Assembly: GCA_965222375.1 (NCBI GenBank)
Contig: CBDCTZ010000015.1
Span: 1,408,001-1,472,000, forward strand
Reading direction: 5' to 3'
DNA from: Polyangiaceae bacterium
GTDB taxonomy: Bacteria; Myxococcota_A; Polyangia; Polyangiales; Polyangiaceae
Length of the DNA: 64,000 nucleotides
Below are positions 56,822-64,000 of this stretch, piece by piece. Within the stretch, counting starts at the first letter, position 1; each line of letters begins with the position of its first letter. The notes under the pieces are model-generated. The model searched no databases and was not told the origin of the DNA. It saw only the letters and a list, made by a program, of their open reading frames with translations. A program made the translations under genes and the position numbers.

Positions 56822-58093
56822 TCAGTTCGAAGGACAGGTTGTGGCGTTGGCCACCTGGCATTTTCCGTTGGCGCACTCTGCGGACAACGCACACTCTGGC
56901 CCTTTGATCGGGTCGCAGGCGGCACCGACTGCAGCTGTTTTGACGCAAGTGCCGGTGTTCAAGGTGGGAGGAACGACACACCTTGCTCCCCCAGAGCAGA
57001 CGAGCAGGTATTCGCCCTGCACCAACCCACACGGAGCACCTGGCCCGGGATTGATCTTGGCAATGCACTTCTGGGTGGTCGAATCACACCTGACCCCCAT
57101 GAATGTGTTGCAACTCTTGGACTCAGCCGGATCGCAGGACGCACCCACTGTGCCGAGGTCGGGCTTTTTGCAGGTCTTTGAGCTGCCGCAGACAAGACCC
57201 GCCGCGCAATCCTCGCCGGCTCCGCACACGGCACCGGCAGCTCCGACCGCGACGCAGGTGTCGCCGGGACCGCAGAAAGCGCCAATCTCACACTTTTGAT
57301 TGCCGACACATGACTCCGAGATCTTCTTTTCGACGGCACACTTGTCATTGGAGTCGCAGAATAGGCCATCTGCGCAATCGGAATTGAAGAAGCAAGGTTC
57401 ACCAACGCTGGGTTCAGCCTTGCACTGTCCACAGAGCGCCCCTTGAGGCGTCTCGCAATTGGTGCTCGCGCACTGCGAGTCCGCAAAGCAGCCCTTTCCG
57501 TTGACGACGCTTCCGGGACCCCCGCACGCGGCGTCATTCGGCTCGGGTTGGTCCTCGAGGAACAGGTAGAATTCCTCACAGGTCGCCTTGCTGAGCAGAT
57601 CCGCATACGCGGCAACCAGGGCGGGCTTGGCACCGGTGCCAGGAGCGTCGGTAGTCTGGCGGCAAGTGACCTCGAGGACGGCTGCGCACTCGGCTTCGTT
57701 TGCGACCGCTAGCAAGTCAAGGTACGTACTGGCGCACTTCGAGATGGCCTTGCAGTACTCTGACGCGAAGCTCTTGCAGGCGACTTCCTTGGTGGCCGTA
57801 GCGAATGAGGAACAAGACAGCCCTCCGCCGCCAGCCGCTCCTCCGCTACCGCTGGCGCCGCCGCTACCTGCAACCGCGCCGGACCCGCCGGTTCCCGCAC
57901 CACCGGTCCCGCCACTGAAGCCACCGCCACCCGCAACCGCACCCGATCCGCCGGTTCCCGCGCCACCGGTGCCAACAGAGCCACCCACACCGCTATCAGG
58001 GGTCCCGCCGTTGCCGTCCCCGCCGTCATCCCCGCCGCACGCCGCCGCTAAGGGCAACACCAAGGCCATTGTAAGTCCGTGTGTCCAGCGCAT
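56822..58093 (-). CDS. Gly-linker Cys-rich lipoprotein
   Basis: MRWTHGLTMALVLPLAAAC; repeated GxxC...C..GLxC units. Confidence 0.82.
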   Translation of the reverse strand: MRWTHGLTMALVLPLAAACGGDDGGDGNGGTPDSGVGGSVGTGGAGTGGSGAVAGGGGFSGGTGGAGTGGSGAVAGSGGASGSGGAAGGGGLSCSSFATATKEVACKSFASEYCKAISKCASTYLDLLAVANEAECAAVLEVTCRQTTDAPGTGAKPALVAAYADLLSKATCEEFYLFLEDQPEPNDAACGGPGSVVNGKGCFADSQCASTNCETPQGALCGQCKAEPSVGEPCFFNSDCADGLFCDSNDKCAVEKKISESCVGNQKCEIGAFCGPGDTCVAVGAAGAVCGAGEDCAAGLVCGSSKTCKKPDLGTVGASCDPAESKSCNTFMGVRCDSTTQKCIAKINPGPGAPCGLVQGEYLLVCSGGARCVVPPTLNTGTCVKTAAVGAACDPIKGPECALSAECANGKCQVANATTCPSN

Positions 58094-58400
58094 TCGAGCA
58101 TCCTCGCAGTCTAGTTTTGAAAGCAACACGGACATCTGCAACGTGACCGCAACGGTCAGCGAGATGCTCGTGAACCATGACTCAGCATACGTTCTGATCG
58201 CCGCGTCCTTCCTGCCTTGAATCGGACGCTGTCCGACCGCGTTGCTCCCGGGCGCCTACGCATGCGGTCGCGCAAGATTAGCGCACCCAGCGCCGCCCGA
58301 AGCCACGACCCCAAAACGATAGACTTCGACAGGGTGTTAAACGGCGTTTTTGTGTCGCGTCGGACTGGACGCTCGGCCGGTTGGGACTACCCTACGGCCG

Positions 58401-60650
58401 ATGTTGAGGCCCCTAGTTGCCGCGCTGGCCATCGTGATCGGGTGCGCCGGTTGTACCGATGATGCGGACCCGCAGAAGCCTGGTGGATTTGCCGGCTCTG
58501 GGGGCACGGGTGGCACCAGCCCTGGTCCGGCGTGCCCGACTCTCGTGGACTATCGGCCCCCCGCGGGCTTGGCGCCGAGCAGCGTCGCGTTGGCCGGCGA
58601 GTGGAACGAGTTCGACTCAACGGCATTGATGGAGGGGCCGGACGCGAGCGGGAAGTTCAGCCTGACGGTGGATCTGAAGCCGGGGGTATGGGGCTACAAG
58701 CTGGTGCTGAATGGGGACCAATGGCGGCTGGACGACAATGAGGGCTACCGCAAGTACGTGGGCGGCGAGGAGAACTCGGGGCTGCGGGTGCGTAACTGCG
58801 CGCTGCCCGCGCTGAAGGTCGACACCGCCACGAAGGCCCGACCCTCCGCTGGCGCCGGCACCTATGCTGCGACGCTGACGTACGAAGCTGCAGTCAGCGG
58901 CGACGCTTTGGCGAGTGTGGAAGGCGTTCTGCGTACGGCGGGCAAGGAAAGCGCGATTGCACCGAGTGCGATTAAGATGGACGGCACCAGCGTGACTCTG
59001 TCTTTGGACGGACTCGCGGACGGCAAGTACACAGCGCTGGTGTATGCAAAGGACGCCAAGGGGCAGCAGAGCGAAGCGGCTCGATTGGTGTTCTGGATCG
59101 AAGCCGAGGAGTTCGATTGGCGCGACGCCCTGATCTACATGATCGTCACGGACCGTTACAAAAACGGCGATCCGAGCAATGACGTGGGCGCAACCAGCGG
59201 CGTGCAGGACGATCGTGGCGACTTCAAGAATGGCGACCTGGAGGGCATCCGTCAGAAGATCGCCGACGGCACCTTGGACAAGCTCGGCGTCCGTGCCATC
59301 TGGCTGACGCCCTTCCAGACGAACCCGACATCACCGTACTTGGCGTCGGACAACGTACATATGGTGACCGGCTACCATGGCTACTGGCCCATCAAGGCGC
59401 GAGAAGTGGACCCCAGGCTCGGTGGCGAAGCGGCGCTCAAAGCGTTGGTGAAAGAAGCGCATGACCACGGCATTCGCATCCTCATCGACTATGTCGTCAA
59501 CCACGTGCACGAGGACCACGAGTATTTCAAGCAGCATCCAGACTGGTTCCGCACGGGTTGCGTGTGTGGCACCGCTGGCTGCGACTGGACCGCGCAAGCG
59601 CTGGAGTGTTTGTTCACGCCCTACCTTCCGGACGTCAATTGGTCCAACAACGAAGCCGGCGAGCAGTTCGTCGACGACGCGGTGTGGTGGCTGAAGGAAT
59701 TCGACCTGGACGGCGTGCGAGTGGACGCGGTCAAGCACGTCGAGGACGCCGCCATCAACAACCTATCCACGCGAGTGCGGGACGAGTTCGAGCAAGGCGG
59801 CACCAAGCACTTCTTGATGGGTGAAACCGCCATGGGCTGGAGCGACTGCGGCGTCGACTGCAACAAGTTCCAATACGACACCATCAGCCGCTACGTCGGA
59901 AAACACGCCCTGGACGGTCAATTCGACTTCGTGCTCTACCACGCGGTGCCCTACCGCGTGTTTGCCCATGACGAGTTCGGCATGTTGCACGCGGACTTCT
60001 GGGCGCAGACCAGCCAGGCCCAGTACCCTTCCGGCAGCATCATGACGCCCTTCATCGGCAGCCATGACTCGCAGCGCTTCGTCTCTCTCGCCACCTATCG
60101 AGGTCAGCCGGGCTACGACAAGGGCATTCCCCACAACCAGTGGGACAACCTGGCCGGACCACCGCCGGACGCGGAGCCCTACCTGCGTCAGCAAGCCGCA
60201 CTGGGTTGGCTGTTCGGATTACCGGGAGCGCCCCTGCTCTACTACGGCGACGAGTACGGACAGTGGGGCGGTTCGGATCCGGGCAATCGTGCGATGTGGC
60301 GCGAGGAAGCGAATCTCAACGCCGACGAAAAGTCGCTGCTGACCCTGACTCAGAAGCTAGGTAAGGCACGCAAGGACCTCGTCGCTCTACGCCGCGGTGC
60401 ATACCGCTCGCTGTTTTCGACCGAGACCGTGCTGGTCATCGCGCGCCAAGCGGATACCGGTGAAGTGGCCATCGTAGCCGTGTCGCGGGACCCAGGCCCC
60501 ACGACCTCCGTGGTCACGATCCCGCCGAGCCTAGGACTCAAAGATGGACAGTCCCTTACGGACAAGCTCGGCGGGCCCAGCGTGAGCCTCTCGGGGGATC
60601 AATTGAGCCTGAACCTCGGCCCCTACGCCTCCGCGGTCCTGAGTCCATAG
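58401..60650 (+). CDS. GH13 alpha-amylase family lipoprotein with N-terminal CBM48-like domain
   Basis: VALAGEWNEF...YKLVLNG...W; DYVVNH, DGVRVDAVKH, GETA, FIGSHD. Confidence 0.92.
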   Translation: MLRPLVAALAIVIGCAGCTDDADPQKPGGFAGSGGTGGTSPGPACPTLVDYRPPAGLAPSSVALAGEWNEFDSTALMEGPDASGKFSLTVDLKPGVWGYKLVLNGDQWRLDDNEGYRKYVGGEENSGLRVRNCALPALKVDTATKARPSAGAGTYAATLTYEAAVSGDALASVEGVLRTAGKESAIAPSAIKMDGTSVTLSLDGLADGKYTALVYAKDAKGQQSEAARLVFWIEAEEFDWRDALIYMIVTDRYKNGDPSNDVGATSGVQDDRGDFKNGDLEGIRQKIADGTLDKLGVRAIWLTPFQTNPTSPYLASDNVHMVTGYHGYWPIKAREVDPRLGGEAALKALVKEAHDHGIRILIDYVVNHVHEDHEYFKQHPDWFRTGCVCGTAGCDWTAQALECLFTPYLPDVNWSNNEAGEQFVDDAVWWLKEFDLDGVRVDAVKHVEDAAINNLSTRVRDEFEQGGTKHFLMGETAMGWSDCGVDCNKFQYDTISRYVGKHALDGQFDFVLYHAVPYRVFAHDEFGMLHADFWAQTSQAQYPSGSIMTPFIGSHDSQRFVSLATYRGQPGYDKGIPHNQWDNLAGPPPDAEPYLRQQAALGWLFGLPGAPLLYYGDEYGQWGGSDPGNRAMWREEANLNADEKSLLTLTQKLGKARKDLVALRRGAYRSLFSTETVLVIARQADTGEVAIVAVSRDPGPTTSVVTIPPSLGLKDGQSLTDKLGGPSVSLSGDQLSLNLGPYASAVLSP

Positions 60651-60803
60651 ACAGCTGCGGCCGCAAATGCTGGAAACTATTGCAGTATTTGGGCGCACAG
60701 CTACGTCCCGATTCGCTGCTGTTGACGTTGAGCGCCAGCGCCGTTGAAACCGCTTCTAGCGTAGCGCGTAAGTAGCGACGTACCGAAGGAAGAGGAGATA
60801 CGG

Positions 60804-61643
60804 ATGAATTCAAAGATTGCGTGGGTGAGCGTACTTGCGGTGACCACATCCCTGGCAATGGGGTGTGACGACAAGAAGAAAGCGGAGAACCTGGCACCAA
60901 CTTCTTCCGCTTTGGCACCAGCAGAAAAGCCCACGCAGCAAGCAGTGACTTTCGCCGTCGAGTCCAAGGGCGCGAAGGTCAACTTCCTGATGGACGCACC
61001 TCTCGAGAAGATCTTCGGTGAAGCTCCCGACGCCGTCGAAGGCGAAATCCACGTCGACTTGACCGACACCACGAAGACCACCGCCTTGATCAAGGTCGAC
61101 TTGGACAAGTTGACCTTGTTCCAACAGAAGCGTGAAGACGAAAAGGGCGAGTTTGGCGAGAAAGTCAAAAGCGACAAGCAGAACGAGCACGCCAAGGCGT
61201 GGTTGGAGATCAGCGAAGACGCTCCCAAGGAGCTGCGTGAGAAGCATCGCTTTGCCGAGTTCAAGATCACGAGCCTCGAGGACGTGTCAGTCAAGGACCT
61301 GACCAAGGCGACAGGCGTCGAGCGCAAGCTGACCGCCACCGCTGTTGGCGAGTTCCGCCTGCACGAGCGCAAGGTCTCCAAGAAAGCCAAGCTAGAGGCG
61401 ACCATCAAGTTCGACGGCAACCGCGCATCGGCGATGACGGTCAAGACCGTCGAGCCCGTGGTGGTGGGCTTGGAAGAGCACGATGTTCGACCGCGGGAAG
61501 CCTTCGGCAAGCTCGCCAAGGCGACCCTGAGCGCCATGGGCAGCAAGGTCGCCAAGGAAGCACCCATCGAGCTCGAAATAATCGCTCGAGTTGGCAAAGG
61601 AGCGGCGGCGCCGGCCAAGAAAGAGGAGAAGGGCGGCTACTGA
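60804..61643 (+). CDS. YceI-like lipoprotein
   Basis: Lipobox AMGC; VNFLMDAPLEKIFG, FAEFKIT, GEFRLH; RBS GAGGAG. Confidence 0.78.
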   Translation: MNSKIAWVSVLAVTTSLAMGCDDKKKAENLAPTSSALAPAEKPTQQAVTFAVESKGAKVNFLMDAPLEKIFGEAPDAVEGEIHVDLTDTTKTTALIKVDLDKLTLFQQKREDEKGEFGEKVKSDKQNEHAKAWLEISEDAPKELREKHRFAEFKITSLEDVSVKDLTKATGVERKLTATAVGEFRLHERKVSKKAKLEATIKFDGNRASAMTVKTVEPVVVGLEEHDVRPREAFGKLAKATLSAMGSKVAKEAPIELEIIARVGKGAAAPAKKEEKGGY

Positions 61644-61666
61644 GTCGTCTCGGTCCGAAACGCAGT

Positions 61667-61710
61667 GCGCCCTGGAGCCAACACTTCAGGGCGTTCGTGC
61701 GTTTGTGTTG
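61667..61710 (+). terminator. Putative intrinsic terminator after the YceI-like gene
   Basis: Stem gcgccctggag / cttcagggcgt with 6-nt loop and weak T-rich tail. Confidence 0.5.
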
Positions 61711-61736
61711 GCTCCGCGAGGCGCGCCAACCCGCAA

Positions 61737-63557
61737 ATGCACGTGCTTCACTCTACTTCTCCTGGCTTCATCGGGGTCCAGTCCGTTCGTCTGAGCGGTT
61801 GTGTTGCGCCCCGGCCAGACGACAAATCGCGCGGCGCGCGATTCGTCTCAGCTGGGCGCTCTAGCTCGGCGTTCAAGACCATTCAGAAAGCGATCGATAC
61901 AGCGAGTGCGGGTGAAATCATCGAGGTCGCCGATGGCGTCTATTACGAATCGCTCAGCGTTTCAAAGAAGGGCACGAGTACCGATGCCCAGCTCTGGTTA
62001 CGCGCAGAAAACCCCGGTGGCGTAATTCTCAGTGGCGCGGTCCAGGCTGCGCGTGAGGGGACCGAGGCGTGGTCCAGCGAGGGCAACGATACCTGGTCGA
62101 CGAGCCGTTCCGACGATGTTTGGGCTGCATACCATTTGGACGACGGGACGTTCCTTCCGCGATTCAAGACGCGAGCCGACATCGAGGCCGTGACTGTGAA
62201 TCTGCACGATAGCGGCAAGAGCGTGAAAACGCCGAGCTACGGTGTGGCTCACGAAGGCGGCAAGTTGTACCTGCGTCTGAAAGACGGCGGCGATCCCAAT
62301 GGCCAGAAGATCGTCGTTCCCCGCGCCTGGCACGTACAAGTCCTGAGCGTAAGCGCGACGCCCCACTTTCATCTGGATGGGTTCTGGATCGAGGCGGGCG
62401 GTGACCAGAGCGGCTCAGAGGCGGCAGTGACCTTCGATGCGAACAGTCAGGGCGGCAGCATCATCAACTGCGTCTCGACGCTGCAAAGGACTTTGGCGCG
62501 AGTACCTAGCAACTTTCGAATCCGTTGGACCGAGCACTTCTTTCCAGGGTTCAAGGAGCTAGCCGACGACTTCCGGAGCGCGAATGGCAACCCCGGTACC
62601 GTCAACCATATCTGGGACTACGTAAAGAACTACAACCGCAATGCAGGAACAGGAACCGGCGGCAACGCCTACTACGAAGGATCGATCTACCGGTCCGTAT
62701 CGACGACTGCATCAACGGCGGTGAGCGGAGAGTACCTCTACGTGCACGAGATCTTCGATGGCCTATTGCTTGGCGAGACTCGCTCGAGCTCTGTCGCGAA
62801 CAGCGTATTCGACTACTGCTATGACGACTGCATCGAGTTGGAGAGCAACCAGAACGACTCGGATGGGTCTCGGCTGGAGGTGCATGAAAACCTGTTCCTG
62901 AACTCCTCCGTAGTGTGGCTCTCACGGCGCTCGCCGAAGTCAGGGCCGATCTTCGCCTATCGCAACGTGCTCAAGCCGAACGATCCGCCCCACGGTCGCG
63001 GCAGCCATATGATCAAGACCGGCGGGACGGCGACAATGTACGTCTACTTCAATACGCTGATCAAACTCGATGGCATGGACCACGGGACGGCGCACCTCGG
63101 CTGGGGCAGCAACGACACCGTGACCTGGAACAACGACGTCAGCGACATTCATTTTCGCAACAATGCCATCATCTTCGAAAGCGGACTTCAGGGCAGCCAA
63201 CCACCGCTTGGTGGGGACACCGACTACAACCTCTTCTACAGCGACGGCGATCTTCCGGCCTTGCGCGGTTCGGGCGGGGTCTTCGTCGACAGGACGAAGG
63301 GTACTTCGGCAATCGGGTTTGCAAACTACGGGCAAGACTGGACGCCGCAGGGAACACAACTAGTTGGCCAGGCAGGACCGATCCCAAAAAGCTGGGCAGC
63401 GCCAGACAATGGCTGGTCCCAGACGGACATCGGCTGCTTTCAAACCAGCAACGTGCAACCCAGCCAATGGCCGAGGCCCTACGACCGCAGCAACGCCTAC
63501 TCCAGGTCGACCAAGCACTTCGAAAGTCCACGCAAACCGCCCCCCGGCTGGAAGTAG
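61737..63557 (+). CDS. Right-handed beta-helix (pectin lyase fold, DUF1565-like) protein; N-terminus uncertain
   Basis: FKTIQKAIDTASAGEIIEVADGVYYES; DDCIELE, AYRNV, YFNT, FRNN, DYNLF. Confidence 0.75.
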   Translation: MHVLHSTSPGFIGVQSVRLSGCVAPRPDDKSRGARFVSAGRSSSAFKTIQKAIDTASAGEIIEVADGVYYESLSVSKKGTSTDAQLWLRAENPGGVILSGAVQAAREGTEAWSSEGNDTWSTSRSDDVWAAYHLDDGTFLPRFKTRADIEAVTVNLHDSGKSVKTPSYGVAHEGGKLYLRLKDGGDPNGQKIVVPRAWHVQVLSVSATPHFHLDGFWIEAGGDQSGSEAAVTFDANSQGGSIINCVSTLQRTLARVPSNFRIRWTEHFFPGFKELADDFRSANGNPGTVNHIWDYVKNYNRNAGTGTGGNAYYEGSIYRSVSTTASTAVSGEYLYVHEIFDGLLLGETRSSSVANSVFDYCYDDCIELESNQNDSDGSRLEVHENLFLNSSVVWLSRRSPKSGPIFAYRNVLKPNDPPHGRGSHMIKTGGTATMYVYFNTLIKLDGMDHGTAHLGWGSNDTVTWNNDVSDIHFRNNAIIFESGLQGSQPPLGGDTDYNLFYSDGDLPALRGSGGVFVDRTKGTSAIGFANYGQDWTPQGTQLVGQAGPIPKSWAAPDNGWSQTDIGCFQTSNVQPSQWPRPYDRSNAYSRSTKHFESPRKPPPGWK

Positions 63558-63574
63558 CGCGGTGGTCGAACTCC

Positions 63575-64000
63575 TCAACGACGCACATTCTCACGCGTGA
63601 CACGCATCCGGCGCGACGCTTCGCCGCGCTCGAGCTCGAGCAGAACGTCGCTGCCGGGGCGCCCGCTCATGCGACTGCGCGCATCGTACATCGAGGCCAC
63701 GTCATGGCCGTCGACCGCTCGCACCACGTCGCCTGCTACGACCCCAGCGCGCTCGGCCTCGGACCCCTTGGCGACGTGCACCACCACCACTTCCGTTCCG
63801 TCTTCCAGATCGCGCTCACCCAGCGTGACCGCCAAGCTGCCTGTCACCGTGGGGTCGTCGTCCATCTGGCCCTTGACCAGGCGAATCACGACGTCCCGAG
63901 TCGTGGACTGCGCGGTAGCCTTGGCTTTCGCCGCCCCGCGCCCCACATCCGGCGCATAGGCCTCGACCACGACTTCGCCAGGCATCACTCCGGGCAGGGA
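63575..64000 (-). CDS. C-terminal part of a PDZ-domain protein (start outside the window)
   Basis: GSEAERAGVVAGDVVRAVDG...GRPGSDVLLELER. Confidence 0.8.
   Translation of the reverse strand, partial: SLPGVMPGEVVVEAYAPDVGRGAAKAKATAQSTTRDVVIRLVKGQMDDDPTVTGSLAVTLGERDLEDGTEVVVVHVAKGSEAERAGVVAGDVVRAVDGHDVASMYDARSRMSGRPGSDVLLELERGEASRRMRVTRENVRR

Noticed and set aside
1..64000. tRNA, rRNA, integrase, reverse transcriptase or prophage genes
   Set aside because: None recognised by eye; a covariance-model search would be needed to exclude small RNAs.

Overview
High-GC bacterial DNA, almost certainly Myxococcota of the Polyangiaceae type (inferred from a MYXO-CTERM tail, many Gly-linker/Cys-rich lipoproteins, Ser/Thr kinases and an FHA-sigma54 activator). 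Core genes are ilvE, a pal-tolQ-tolR-tolA-tolB cluster, mfd, tdk, aroC and an acyl-CoA dehydrogenase. No rRNA, tRNA, CRISPR array or intact transposase was seen. Main observations: (1) a candidate signalling and output module at 35.5-42.9 kb, where two paralogous lipoproteins share an unnamed 6-Cys domain and a somatomedin-B-like domain but carry different C-terminal domains (CAP vs thioredoxin-like); both have sigma54-type promoters with an identically spaced upstream motif and they flank an FHA-sigma54 activator next to two kinases; (2) an ABC/AAA ATPase plus TOPRIM-like partner at 26.6-28.5 kb, a candidate defence system; (3) a complete alpha-glucan uptake set (porin, two GH13, surface-sorted GH15, binding protein-permease fusion, permease, ATPase) spread over about 39 kb but oriented divergently around one centre; (4) two deletion-junction pseudogenes; (5) recurrent leaderless-type promoters. 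All calls are from reading the sequence by eye; no searches were run.
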